A stretch of 64,000 nt of DNA from Sphagnum compactum (taxonomy: Eukaryota): the NCBI GenBank assembly GCA_965153455.1, contig OZ234493.1:36012213-36076212 (forward strand). The letters run 5' to 3'. Shown piece by piece: positions 36,198 through 50,700 of this stretch. The position numbers were made by a program, and so were the translations under genes. The stretch's first letter is position 1; every line of letters begins with the position of its first letter. The notes below the pieces were generated by a model. That model was given only the letters and a program-made list of their open reading frames with translations, was not told the DNA's origin and ran no database searches.

Positions 36198-39100
36198 TTA
36201 CAATCCAACAACATTAAGTTGTTTTCTTCAACTAAGATGTAGCATAAAAGACATAACAATCAATACTACTAGTTAGGTTCGGATGCAAGAATCAACCAAA
36301 GAAACAACCTTGTGAACTAAAAAATGCAATGAAATACTAAAACAACGGTAAACCTATAAAAAAAAAACCTTTTCTTTGCCTGAAAAAAAAACTTCAATCT
36401 TGCCCAATGTTTAAATCTATCATGAATTTTACATTCAATCAAAAATTATTGCCTTACACAATTTTAAATGCCATCATTGTAGCTAGCTCAGTTTATTCTA
36501 TTTAAAATCAGGATCATTTGGATGCCCGTATGACCACGATTTTGAATCCACCTTATCAACCATGTGTTTTTTATAACATTGGGAAAATAAAGTAATCATG
36601 ACAACCAAGAATGATGTATTGGCTTCCATCATAATCAATTTATAACAACAATTTTCCATTAATTACCTTTTCACCTTTGCAAATTGTGTAGGATTGTTAA
36701 TGTGCAAGATTTGAGAACAAACAAGCAACAAAAAATTTTCACAATCCTTTTTAAACCTTCGACAAATAATAGTCAAAACAAGTGAAAAGCATAATGTGAT
36801 CCAAATTCTTTAAGATGTACCAAAATTGTCACACATCATCACCCTTTTCAATATTTTTAACCTAGTTTTTTTTACCATGTAAAGACATAGTTATGGATGA
36901 TAATGATGGATTCTAGAATTTTAATGGTCTAAAATATGGCATTTTTGAAGTATTTGACATTTGACTCATTTAGTTTTGATGGGGATCAAAATATGGGGGG
37001 GAGGATTGCAAAAAGGACTAGGTTTTTTTCATCCTTGGTGGTACACTTTAAAAGATTTTCACCCAACAACCTCATTTTAAAGTTGGTGAGATGGTCACTC
37101 ATGGGAAGGTCTTGACCACAAAAGTTAAATAGTTGAAAATAACGTGTTCTTGTGTTGCCATGAATCAAGTCATCATTTTTTCTTCCTCCTCTCTATTTCT
37201 ATCCTTTTTTTGGTCCAGATTGGTATAATATTTTATAATCAAAGAAAACAAAGAAAATAGTTTAACCTTCTTTCCATCTAGGTGTATTCCATTTTCCCCT
37301 CCTACATATTTTCCTTATCAAATTTTTTGTGCAAAATATGTTGTGTGAAAAAAAGACTACTTCATTCCAATACAACTTCAAAACATAATGACATTCCATT
37401 AATGTCATTAAAGAACTACATACATTTTTTTTCTGGCTTCCAACATATTTTAATGCATAAATGTAAATCACATAAGGGCTTTCAACAAACCTTTGTGGAA
37501 TATTTGGATCTAAAAACAATTTGTAAACTAACTATTACATTTTCTTATATATTTAGTTGCATTTCAAAAAATAAAGCTTTTGATGTTCATCATCATCAAA
37601 TGGCTTGCATTGAGTGTAACATGATTATAGTTTTGAAACATAATGACTAGCAACCCAAGGAACTTGTAGTTGTCAAGGAATATTTAATTACAAAACTAGC
37701 AAGAATTGACTACACAACCTAAGGAACCCACCTCTTTGTTTTCTTTACAAACTTTTCATCCTCCTTACCATCATAATTCAAAAGAGGGGAAGAAATGTGC
37801 ACAAAAGATTAGCAATTATATACGATCTAAGCAAATTCAACCTTAAAACTCAACACAATTAGAAACAAAGAAATAATGTTATAGAGATTGCTCTTGTTAT
37901 TGATATTGTCATAACATTTATATTCTCATTTTTTCATGTCAAACCTTAGGATCCCAAATCCTATGTTCCATGAATTGACTACCATCATCCTACATGATTA
38001 CAAACTTCTTGTACAATGTCATAGTCTCCATGGTTTGACCCTATTTTGCTATTGGATAAAAGGCAATATGAAATGTGTACCTTGATTAGTAGTGGATTGG
38101 GTTGGTTGAAAACGAAAGCTTGCATTCTTAGAGGTGCTTACAATGATAATCTTGAAAATCAATTGAACTTGACCAATCCGTTGATGTGATAAATGTTCAG
38201 TTGGATAAATCCAAAGTGGGATAAGAATTGGATTTTCATATTAAAATCAAACACAAATTTTGACCTCTTTTTCTTACAAGACATAGTTGAAACGTAGTGT
38301 GAATAATTTACAAAAATTACTCCATGTTACTGTGAAAAACTAATCACAATTGACATCTAATAAGAGAAAAAACACAAAGACATGCCCAATATCAAAGGAA
38401 TTACTTCATGAGTTTGATTCCTTACCTATATCTTTCTCAACTTGAAGCTTGGCATAAAAAATTGAAAAAAAAGAGGAAATTAAATTTGTAAGTTTCTTGT
38501 CACCCAATTGGACCTTTTGTTAAACATTCCAAACAATTTATCACCAACACAAAAGGTAGGATGCAAATGTTGCCCCATTAAACAATAATCATATTAAAAA
38601 ACTAACAAACATAGTTGTGTAGATGGTAATTGATGTTCAACATTCCAAGACATAGAAGCCTAGCTACAAAGAAGAATTGGAGAGCATATTGTTATTTGCA
38701 CTAATTATAAAATATTGCATTACTTGCACAAAGGGAGGAAAAAATAACATATAAGGAAATTTGCAATGTTTGAACATGGCAAAAGAACCAAACACGAGAA
38801 GGAACACATATAAAGAAGGTGGGAATGTTTCGACAAATATATTTGGAATCTAGATTTGGAATCAATAGGAGAGGACCATACAATAAATTTTGCAAAAAGC
38901 TCCACATACTAGTGCCTCAATATTCATGTCATTGGAATTTACTTGTTTGACAAAAGGTAAGTAATACCAGATTAAAAAAAAAATTGATTTATGCTTATTT
39001 GATCCAATGTGCAAATTATTATTCATTCTACAAGTATAATACCCTTCCAAATTAAGAAAAATTCCCCCCTTGCCTCTTTTTTTTCTTTTTATGATCCCAT

Positions 39101-39409
39101 ATATGATTCCGAATAGTTCATCATTATTTACATCAAATCTTTCATGGTCGTGTAGATGCATAGAGTAAATGGGTTAAATAAATAGGCTTGAAAGAAGTAG
39201 TATATTAAATTATTGTACTGGCAATGATTCATTAGAATTGGTTTAGGTAGGACAACTTTAGGTTCCATAAGTCATCCTTTTGGATGAATTGTCCTTTGGA
39301 CAATTGTAAATTGGAATCCATTTAGTTGACTCTTAAGTTAAGAGGGTTTTGAAGGTTTTTTTTCAACAAAATTATTACAAGCATATTTTCAATACCTTTT
39401 GTATTGGAA

Positions 39410-39620
39410 TTAAAATTTGATTGGATTTAAACTCACTTCAATTGAATTTGAATCCAATTCAATTCAATGAAATTCACATTCAATGTATTTGAATCAAATT
39501 TAAGAATTTGAATTCAATTCAATTCAATTTATGAATTTGAATTCAATTCCATTCAATGAAATTCACATTCAATGTATTCAAAACAAATTTCAGAATTTGA
39601 ACTCAATTCAATTCAAGTTG
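39410..39620. repeat. AT-rich AATTC-based repeat with an internal duplication
   Basis: attcaatgaaattcacattcaatgtatt occurs twice among (aattc)n runs. Confidence 0.75.
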
Positions 39621-41447
39621 CATGCAATGTAGTGATTTTTTTTCAATTTTGTGATGTAGCCACATTGGCAACCATCCATAGGAAGATTTAGCCAAGTTTG
39701 GTTACAAGATACATAGGAAGCTAAAAGTTTTTGAGAATCTTGCTAACATTTTGTTACATGTAAAATCCTAGAGACTAAATGTGGTGAACTCATCTTTTTT
39801 CCCCTACTTTTATGGCAAAAACTTTGAAATTTTTCTCAAAAAATCCTTTGAAAGAAACACAGCTCATTTTTAGATTTTGCAAATGATGCAAAATTTCACA
39901 CAAAAAAATTTGATTGATACAATGTCATTCAATCAAATTTAATTTAAAAAAAATTAATTAAGCTTTTTGATTAATTGATTATAATTAGTAATGGAATAGC
40001 ATAGCCCAAGGTTAAATATTTATCTCCATGTAAGTGGGTAGAAGAATGGGATGAGGTAGTTAAGCTTGCAAGAGGTAGGTATGAGTTCAATTCAAACTTG
40101 CATATGTGGGGAGGGCTATGGATGAAATTACATTAAAAAATGAATATGGGATTGACTTAACCTTAAAATTTAACTTTCCTATAATCCATTTGGATTTAGA
40201 ATGTAATCGAGATTTTATATATGGACCAAGAATCAACTAGGATAATGTTTAAGATAGATGTGACCTAAACAAATGAAATAGATAACATGAAAATCAATGT
40301 AGATAAAAATTGAGTCAAAATTAGTTCAAAATTAGATCAAAATCAATTAATTTTTTATATCAATAATATATTTATTATGATAAAAGTATTATATTTTAAA
40401 ATTTTAAACTAAATTTCTAGATCAAGATCACATCAAGATGGCCATAGCCAAGACAAATTGAATAGATGAAAACTTCAATAATCAATTCAATTGCACCCAC
40501 CTAAATTGATAGGAAAAAATGAAGTTCGATTACAAAAAATACACCTTACATTTTGTATTTATAATGATATCCTAATGGTTGGGACCAAAAAATAAAAAAT
40601 AAAAAAAATCATTTTTTGTCTCGCCTTTCACAAATTAATTCATGCCCAAAATATACCATTCTTGAGATTTAAGGTCGAAGAAAGTGGTATAAATCCTTAC
40701 CTATCTTGTTGTGCACATAACCTTTAAGAAATTATACTACAAAGAAAAGCTTCACAAGTTTCAGTGTGAATGGAGTTCGTCCAAAGCACAAAACTAGTGT
40801 GAACGGAGATTCGTCACAACCATCCGGAGGATAAGGTACACGTGCGTTTTGGATGAATGTTGGAGGTATGGATGGATAGGTGGGCTGGCTAGACGGATGG
40901 ATGCATCGGGTCGTCTCTTCCAGAGAGAAGGCGATGGTGCAACGACCTTGCTCGCGATCGTCGCTCGCGATCGTCTTCCCTGTGTCTTTTGCTTGCAGAT
41001 TGTGATCTCTGTGGATTTGCTGGATTTCTTGTTTCTCATCGTTTAGGATGTGGATTTTTTTTTGGAGGTTTGGGAAGATTTGTATGTATTGGAATTTGTT
41101 TTAGTTTGTTTGGTTCGGATTTGCGGAAGAATTGATGGCGGAGATGGATTGTGGTTGTGGAGAATCCCTTGTGGGGACAAGAAACAGAAATTGAAGAAGA
41201 CGCTTGTTCGGTTGGATACTGTTGTGTTTTTTTTCTGAGGCTGTTCTTGAAGCTCGGCGGGGTTACATCTTCTCATGTGTCGTCGTCGTCGTGAGAGGTT
41301 CCTAGGAGAAGAAGAAGATGATGGTGGAGCCATTAGAATCGCAGTTAAGAGGCGGTTGTGTGATCAAGCTCAGTGGATTTTAGCTCAGTCGCCTTTTTTT
41401 CTTGTGTGGTTTGGAGAAGGGAAGAAGGTGCAGGGAGTACGAGAGAG

Positions 41448-42727
41448 ATGGAGGAATACCCGGAAAATTTGGGGGAGATTTCTTCTTCGGGGCGGACACA
41501 TGCCACAGCAGCTCTTCTTGGCTACAACAGCAAGGTGAGTAGTAGTAACGTCCAAGCGAATGCGTGGTTGGATGTAAGGGTTATATATGTGAGAGTGAGC
41601 GGCTGTCCCTTGGACGACGACGCTCCGGAGTCCCTGACTGTACGCTTTCCTGCACGGAGCATCGGTACAGCTTTAGAAGTCAATGGAGGAAGGATCTCGC
41701 CTTCCGAGGAAGCTCTTCTTGTTCTCAGGAGGGATAGAATAGACACGGAGTCGGCAGAGGCAACGTACGTAAGCACGGACAATCTTCGTGCCAGTGGCGC
41801 CTCCGTGTCTTACGAAGTCTTCAACAGGGACGAGGCGCTCCTCAGCGGGACTATAGAACAACAGTCTGAACCTCGTCCTCCTACTGCCGACGCGGCAAAC
41901 AGCACGCATCAGGAATGGAAAATGGAGTGCAACTGCGTGGTTGGACACTCCGGATGCGTTTTCCTCAAAGGCCGAAATGATTACCCTAGCATGTCTCTCG
42001 CTCCTGCGCCAGTCGTAGAAGTGTGCGTGGTAGGTCGATTCTCGGGAACGCCAGTCATCCTCACGCGGACTGTACAGATGAGTGCACGCAGAAGGCTGAA
42101 CCGCCAGATCACTCTCGATGCCATTCCCGAATCCGAAGCAGTTGGAAGAACGTCAACCAGCAGTCTCATAGCAATGGATCATCAGCCTCAACTGGTGAGT
42201 AGGATCCTCCCTGAAGCTCGCTCCCCCCCCTATCTTTCTCTATGTGATCTCGTCGACAAAAACTTCAAGTAATTCTGCAAAGAGGATTGCTCAAAATTCC
42301 ATGCATTTGGAAGCCATCAGATTTGTATACTCTGGAAGAATGCTTGACACAGTGAACTCTCCTCCTAGATAGTTAAATCTTGTAGATTGCAGTGGGGATT
42401 TGTAAGCACAGAGCACTGGATGAGTAACTTTCTGGTATCCTCCTCTTCTTTTTTCCTAAGTGTGATCTTCCTTTGACATGGGTTTTTCAGGTTGTGGGAT
42501 CCAACCCTTTCATGGATCTCACTGACAAAGCTACGACAGCCTTTGGTTATGGCCTGGAAGGCAGCGGATATGGCGAGTCTGATGGGGAGATGACATGGTT
42601 CAATGCAGGTGTTAGGGTAGGTGTGGGAATAGGCTTGGGCATGTGTCTTGGTGTTGGTATTGGTGTGGGCTTGATGGCCCGCACATACCAAGCCACTGCA
42701 AGGACCTTCAGAAGAGGGTTCTTTTAA
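41448..42727 (+). CDS. Uncharacterised At1g01500-like protein (C-terminal Gly-rich membrane segment), 2 exons, 327 aa
   Basis: Exons 41448-42194 and 42491-42727. Motifs WLDVRVIYVRVSGC, LEVNGGRI, LRRDRIDTESAEATYVSTD, EVCVVGRFSGTPVILTRTVQ, LDAIPE, DGEMTWFNAGVRVGVGIGLGMCLGVGIGVGLMARTYQATARTFRR. Confidence 0.88.
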
Positions 42728-44079
42728 CTTTCATAAATTGCAGTGCCCCTTCTGAAATTTCAGTTCACATTGTCAATGCTTGCTTCTGGTTTGTTGATAG
42801 ATCTGCAAGAGATAAAAGAATGTCCTTTGCACTAAATATTAGCTGAGACTTTCTCTGCCATCCAGGTTGTGTACACCTTGGCTGAGTCTTTCTTTGGCAT
42901 CCAGATTCTGTACTCCTTAGCAGATTGAGTTTTCAGAAGCTGTGACAGAGTCAAGGAGGTGCAAATTTTTTAATTTTCAAGCTTTCTAGACAAGCACCTG
43001 TCTATTGTTGCACGGGAGAGCTGTTACGTTCTTCAACTGTACTTCATGCATCTTCTTTATTCCTTTTTCACACCAGGTCCCCTCAGGTCTGGTTCAGAGC
43101 ATAGATTTGGACAAACTGGACATCAGGAGCAAATTCAATTGAATCTGTACAACATAGCTACTATAGAATTGTTTTCATTCTTGGGATGATCTGCTGTTTG
43201 TGGAAAAAATACTTTTTCATACCTTAAGGAGATGCTGGGGAATAAGAACAATGGTGATGTTTCATTTGATGACTCTGAACCTCCTTGTAATGAGCTGCTG
43301 CTAATCAGAGGGGCAGACCTTGTATACAGTGTTTCATTCATGTACAGAATCATACAACGATTGCTTTACAGGTACACATGCACAGTTTGACCTGTCTTTT
43401 TTAAGTTCCAGACTTTTCCTGTTGCGTGTTTGTAGACAGAACTCCCTCACAGGAAAAAGCTTTAATGCTTGCACTTTTTTGTCATGATCAGCATGGTATT
43501 ATTGCTGATGCTTTCCAGTTGTGTTCCTTGTTATCCTCAGGAATTAGCCTTCACTGTTCAACTGTCATAGTTAGAGAGAAGCCCTGTCCTCTTACTGTCA
43601 TTTTCTGTTCTACCTATTTGAGCCTTTCTTTTGTCCTCAATGCAGTTTGGTATCCAAGTGTTGTTGACAACGATTTTTCTTTTTCTATACCAAGAAATCC
43701 AAAGTCACTCTGATGTCTGGTTCAATTCTGTTCACCTCACTTGGTTCTCAACTTTGTTTTACTAATGCTTCTGTTGTCCTCTGCTATCACAGACATTGAT
43801 CTACACTGTAGGTGACCGAGAGTGGGGAAGGTCTGGAACACTTTGAAAACTACTTATGTTGGTCAACAAGCACTCCTTTCAAATACATATGTCTCCTAGA
43901 TTGCAGCAATTACCCTACACCTGAGACAGGACAAAAGTCCTTAGGGTTTTGCCTTTTTTTTGTCCTGCATGTTGTTTATATTACCTGCATGCAGCAGGAC
44001 TCCCAGTACAAAAAGCTCAAGCAACTGTAAAACTACTTTTAAGGTCTTTATCCTTTGTTTAACCTTGATCATTTTTGTG

Positions 44080-44594
44080 TTACAAGGGTTTGCGATCCAT
44101 GTCTGGAAGCTCCTCCATGGAGGTCCACCAACTATGATCTATCCGAGCTGTGGTTTCTTCACTACGAATGACTGGTTTACTCACCTTTCTTGATTTTGTT
44201 GTACATGTTGTAACTTTGCCATGGTAGTCTTCAGGAACATACACCCCTGTAGCAGGGTCAGGCATCCACCATTGCTGCTTGGTAGGTGGAGGTGCTTCCT
44301 TCACCCGTGCAAAGTCAGCCCTGTAATTTGATTGCTTTTCACGGAAAACCTCTCGCATTGAGTCATTTCCTCGTTTTGTGTCTTTCCCTCCACCTTGATA
44401 TTTTCCAACCCCCTTTTTACTGTTAGTGCTCTTATCTCCTGTGCTTCCATCACTGCACAGGGCATCAAGGGGAGAGAACAAAGCAGTGAGTCTCAAAGCT
44501 CACCTCTACTGTACTTACCTCTACATGTGGTAATACGTCTTTCAAGTTCACACTTGTTGATTGCAGTTTTTAGCGGTTTGTGAATCAAGAGCAT
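44080..44594 (-). CDS. LEA_3/SAG21-like protein, 2 exons, about 144 aa
   Basis: W-motif WWMPDPATGVYVPE. Model: exon 1 44594-44519 (MLLIHKPLK..CR G|gtaagt) and exon 2 44438-44080 (cag|GAGAT), which keeps the frame. Confidence 0.72.
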
Positions 44595-45296
44595 TGATTT
44601 GAGTTAACAGGTATGAAGTCTGGAGATTCATTGCTCGAGTTGTTTCTTTTCTAAGCTTGAGGATATCTGCAAATTTGAAGTCTTTGATCTTCATGACTTC
44701 CAGTGTTTTAATGGATTACTTTGAGTTCCAAGGTTCTTCTTACTGATGTTCTTTCAAAGGACAGATTATCGATCTTACCCGGAGGCGGTGGAGGAATAGG
44801 AGCTGCAGCAGCGAGAGTACTGGTAAGCATTGTAGCCCATCCTTTCTCCTAGAAACTTAGTCAGCCAGTGCACTTGTGTGCCTGCCAGCAGGAGGACATC
44901 TCCACTTATGCAATGCATTACGGCAATTGAGCCTTTTCTACCCTGGTTTGCCAGACCTCTAATCATTTTGCTCTTTTCCTTCAGTACAGATCCATTACCT
45001 CCTCATATCTTATAATGGCTTCAACATGATAAGGAGTTATTCACAGAAAAACAGACTCTAATGCAGCAAGCAGGTGATCCTTCTGGAGGGCGTCTCCAAG
45101 GAGAAGAATGCTCCAATTGGCACTAAGGTCTGCAGTTGACTCCTCTTGAACTCTTCAACACCAACAGACACACCCTTTGATTTTCACAAAAGGCTCAATG
45201 TGGGAGCCCCCTATTGCAGTTGATTTCTGAGGTCAGACATTTTTCTATTGTCCAACTCTTGCAAGAAAACATGAAACCATCTTTCACCTTCTATGG

Positions 45297-45468
45297 ATCC
45301 AAATTGTTGGGAGCTTGCTGTGAGGAATAGGTTGTTTGTTTGTCGGTTGGAGCTTCAAAAGATTTGATTGATCCAAATTGTTGGGATCTTCCCGTAAGGA
45401 CATGATTGTTTTTGCCAGGGCTTCAAGATTTTATTTGATGCAAATTGTTGGGATCTTCCTGTGAGATA
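45297..45468. repeat. Three imperfect ~70-bp tandem copies upstream of the LEA_3-like gene
   Basis: caaattgttggga.ctt begins at ~45300, ~45374 and ~45441. Confidence 0.75.
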
Positions 45469-47735
45469 TGGGGAGATCTTCAGCCTAAACTTCAGGGTTC
45501 TTGGAATCTGCAGACCCTAGACATGGAGTTGCATCATCATTGAGGCTAAAGTATACATGATGAGGAACGGTAGATCTTCATCAACTCAAACTACAACCAC
45601 AGTTGGACAGAAAAGGTGCTTCTATCTGTGTTGTTTTCTATATTCATAAATTATGGCAGCAAGGGTAGGGCTTGAGCGGAGCTTGTGTGATTGATGTCAA
45701 TACATCACACATTGATGCTTGCATGTTTATATTTGTCAACAAAAACAAATCCACAATCCAGATTCTCCCTAAATGGATACATAAATAGTTTCAGGCCAGC
45801 ACAATTAGTTGGAGTTAGGACTGACACAGTCATGGGTTCTGGGTAGTATATAGATCAATATATCATGAAAATTCATATTTAACAATAACATAGTAAGTTT
45901 TATAATTTTTCATATTACAAAAAACTTTAATGAATTTAGATTTAAAAAGGAATCATTATGAATTCTTAAGAAACATTATTGTTATCATGCATACAAAGTT
46001 TTACATGTACAATCAAAAAGTACAATAGAATGATGTCAAAACAAAAATTTAAAATTAGATCCACCAAAATGAGGTGTTTAAAAATGATGTATTTAAACTC
46101 TTTTAAAGTCAAATATGATTTAATTTTGATTTTGTCTCATTTTAATCAGTGAGAATTCATTTCACATTCAACATTCGAAATCCAAACTTTCAAATGGATT
46201 TTATATTATCAATCATGTTATTAGTGATTTATTTTTAAAAAATTAACAATACAATCACTTGCACAACCCCTACTTTCACTAGACAACACTAATACTTTAA
46301 AATCCCTTGCAGAACCCATATACTTTAAATTACCTTCAGAACCTCTGAGACATCATAAACCAGATGCACCCAAAAAAAATTGCAGTAAAAAGCAAACAAA
46401 TCTATTGCATTAGACCACCTGGCAACAAGAATTGAACTACATTACCAAGGTGGACCCATAAGGTTTCAGGACTTCACAGAAAACCTTCAAACATATCATA
46501 CGAAACACAGCAAACCAGAGTCTCAGGTGATTTTCAGACTTCTCACACTAGTAGCAGCTTTCTTACAAATTACATGTATCCTGATGCCACTCCACCCTGA
46601 GACACAAATCTTTATGGAGACAAGCAGTGAAAGCCAACAGGACAGGTCTCTTTAAGACACAAAACTTTACTAGTGTGTGGATATAACAGCCCTCACTGCA
46701 CTAAAGGCTGTGCAGTGAATGAATGAAATGATCGCAACTGTCAAGATCATCACAAGAGATCAATTTTTGTCCTCAGCAAAAACTACATGTTAGTTAACTT
46801 GGGCGAAGCTTGTTAACTATACAAATTAGTCAAAACTGCAGAGCCAGCTCAAATGGCATGACATGCACTCAGCCAGTCAGTCTCATGCCACAGTTTTTTG
46901 TGCATGAAGGAAGACATGGCAGTCATTTACCAGCAGAAATTTAACCTGCATGGTAAAGGAGACTAACCGGAACTCCTAAAAGTCGAGATTGGGATCCAGG
47001 GCACACACAAGTAGGTGGTGGTGTTGGAAACAGCAGTAATGGAGACAGGAAAGCTGGATGTAAACCTGAAGTGGTCACAAAACTAATTTCTCACCACAGC
47101 AGACAAATCAACAGTAAAGAATGCACAAACAGGTCACACTGTCACTGCCAAGGGAGATGATAATGACCAGGGCTACTTATTGGGGGAAGGAGGGGGAGGG
47201 TGGGGGGGTATAAACCTGCCTCAGGAGTAGGATTCCTTGCCCATGGACTACAGATCAGAGCTTACAGAAGGGATGGACTTGTGCTGCACTCATCATTGTG
47301 AACCCAGAAACCAAAATCCCTAGAACATAGTCAGTGTCTGGACTACTTGTAATCCAGAGACCCTGTTGTGCTGCACAAAGTCTTTGTTGAACAGCAATGT
47401 TGCCTTGACTTAAAAGTCTTTTGGCATCCAACTCTAACAGACACGTGTTAGGGACCAGTAGACTTCCTGCTAGTACTGACCAAAAAATCAGTCACAGCGA
47501 GCAGTTTCAGCAGTTGGCCACTGTAGATTTGCCCTGATCTTCAGAAAGCAGCACTTTTCCCATACCTGCAAGGCATGATAAATCTGCTTCACTCTCCTGC
47601 ATTGCAAAAATTCACATAAGTATCTCCATGCTAATCAATGATTAGACAACCGATCTCATAAGTTGGCCCTTCTTCATTGTTTTCACAAAGATTATTCAGC
47701 AACAACAGAGAAAAAGCACAAATTGAATTACCATC

Positions 47736-50700
47736 TCAACCAAAGTTGAAGCCACCAGAAGGAACAGCAGGCTGATTTCCCCCGAATGCAAAATTGCTCT
47801 GCAATTCATCACCTACAGGGGCCAGATTTTCATCCTCATCCTCCTCCAGCCAGTATGTCTCCAAAATCTTAACAGCTTTCTCATAGATTTCATTGTTGTC
47901 ATGAGTTTGCAGGGTCTCAATCTTCTCCAAGCCCTCAGCTTCATCTATGTACCGAGCATAGAGGTTGATACCACTGCTGTTCCCAAGGTCCTTCTCTGAC
48001 TCCCCTACCTTCAAAATATTTTCCAAGCCTTCAAGTGAAACTGTCACAATTCTGGGATCAGGACATGTGAGCAGATCACAGAGTGGCTTGATGCAGCCCT
48101 GATTCACCAGGTACCTACAGAAATGACGACAGAACATTAGTGACATTGCTTAAATCGACAACAATTTGTAACTTAAAAAGGATGAACGTCCACTTGCATT
48201 CTGTGCTAGAGCTGTGTCACAATAGACTTCAAATTGAGCTGTTATCTCTCCATTTGCTTCCATGATTCACTTTGAAGCATTCTACAGATTCCTCCAATCA
48301 GTGCACAACCTACTTGATCTGTTCATGTGTTCCACCAGATGTAGCATTCGATATAGCCCATGCTGCTTCTTTCTTGATGTCAAACTCAGCAGTTGCCAGT
48401 AACGAAACCAGGGGCGGAATGATGTTGGCATCAATAATTGCCTGGAACAAAACAAGAATCGCAGTATGATTAGAGGAAAGAAGCTGCAATGCAACAAGAA
48501 GAGGAACCAGGCCAAGGTGCATACAAAGCTCTTCCCTCTTAAGTGGTGTGCATCCCAGTTCCCTAAAAAAATCACAGAATTGCACAAAACTGTGGACAAA
48601 CAAAAACAACACTTGTTCAAAAGCAGGGGCACATCTACCTGAATTTGATCCTTGTTTCCAGCAGTAATATTGGAGATGGTCCAACAGGCTTCCTTCTTGA
48701 TGCTCTTTTTGTGGTTGTGAGTAAGAAGTGCAAGGAGGCATGGAAGTGCCTGGTTGTTGATAATGAACTGAAAAGCCAGTAAAGGCACAGGTTATATCTC
48801 CTGAAAATAGAAAAGAGACAACCATCTGGAAGTCATAAATAATTCTCTCTACAGAACCAAATTCTGTAGATCACAACATAGAGATAGGGAAATTACCTGC
48901 GTCTGGAGATCGTCTCCAGTAACAATGTTGCCAACCGTGCGTAGAGCAGGAATGAGAACAGATGGTGATGGATGGCTGCTACACCCTCAAAACTACCAAA
49001 TCAATTAAAACAGCCAACTTCCAGCTAGCATGATAGCTAAGAGCTTCAAGGTAACCATAAGACACCAGCTAAAAGGAAAGTGCTTCTCAAGAAGCCATCT
49101 ATAATAAAGTTTCCCATTGTTTTAACCCACCACAATTCAAGTATAGTTGAGAGAAAACAAACACATATTATATGCAAACAGTTTCAAGAAATGTGCCACT
49201 GACTCTAAATCTATAAGAGCTACTTGGTAACTTACAGCAACAGGTCCACAAGACGGCGACAGACACCAGCCTCAATTACTGCCTGGATCTTGTCATTGGT
49301 CCCATCAGAGAGGTATGAGAGAGCCCAGCAAGCATCGGTCAGAACTTCCTCATCATTTGAATGGATGAGGCGCTCCAATGCTGGCAGTGCAGGTTTCGAC
49401 TGTACAACAAAAATATTAGAAATAACTCTCACAAGAATTGAGAAATCTCAAGTAATTTTCAAGCAAGTATTATAAAACACAAAGTATGAACTGGAAATGA
49501 GAAAACTACCAACCCTTGAATCATCAATTGCAGTATACAAACAAAAACTAGATACATAGAGCAGACACAAAGGAAAGCACCTGCTCAAATGGAGGTTGAG
49601 GTTTGCCACGGCAGAAGTTGGACAGAGTCCAGGTTGCATTCCTCAACATGGACAGTTTGGCAGTATCCGTAAGCTGTGCCAACAGAGGCATCAGTGCACC
49701 ATTACTGAGCACAAGGTCCCTGCATTTTGGGGAATCACCAGCCACGTTCCCCAATGCCCAAACAGCCTGCAGAGACAAAGTTAAACAACTTTAAGTGGAA
49801 ACCCACTCCTTTACCCCCCCCCCCCCCCCCCCCCCAAAAGAAGAAAGACTCCATCAGACGCTGCAGAGAACCATCAGATCAAACCCTAGTCAATCAAGTG
49901 TTTCAGAAAACATTCAACCCAAATTAGCCTGACCAGCAGACATGCACAGGATAGCCAAACCAGTTAAAAACCAGCTCATTATCCAGGTCATACAATACCT
50001 GCTCACGGACATCATCACTAGGTGAACTGAGCAGTTGGACAAAGATTGGTACAGCGCCGTGATCAATAACAACACGTGTGTGTTCAGATGTGCCTGATGC
50101 AATATTCGTTAATGCCCATGCTGCCTCAAACTGCATCAAAGACCAAAAAGGATTTCAGTTACTACGTGTACAAAATAACAGAGATACATCCTCAGATCAG
50201 GTGAAGAGCAGATATTGCACAGGTGAAGCAATCTCCACTGAAGCATACCTGTAGCTGTGGGAAATCCCCACGGATGAGAAACTCCACAAAACGGGGCACT
50301 ACACCTGCTGCTATAACCTCCTCAATCGGGGGGCTTCTTTCTGCATGAAGGATTCACAAGGTGATGTGATTAACAACAGGGAAATACCCAAAAAACTTCT
50401 ATAGACAAGAGATCAGATACCAGGGGAAAGTGCAAAGGAAGTAAGCCTACCTATGGAGAGAAGCTTTCGAAATTGAGTAATGGCTTCCAACTGTGTGCCT
50501 GCATCTTCAGAGTACACCCCTGCTACCATGGCCGGGAGGCTTTCCAACTGCTGCTATGACAGATCCAGAAAAGCAAAACATGACAGACTGGCAAAATTCC
50601 CCTCATTTCCAAAATAAAGAGCGTACTTTCTTCATGCAGATGCAGGGGAACCAACGACACCTGTACCCTAAACTCACTAGTTCATGATAAAGAAAGAAAC

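Noticed and set aside
36400..39200. Short ORFs in AT-rich DNA as genes or viral insertions
   Set aside because: No recognisable motifs in the frames read. Probably old transposon debris; left unassigned.
41373..41447. GTG-initiated N-terminal extension of the At1g01500-like ORF
   Set aside because: This is an artefact of alternative start codons in the ORF track. The first ATG is at 41448 in a good context.
46690..46890. Row of short hairpins as a miRNA or structured RNA
   Set aside because: Stems are only about 8 bp with large loops, as expected by chance.
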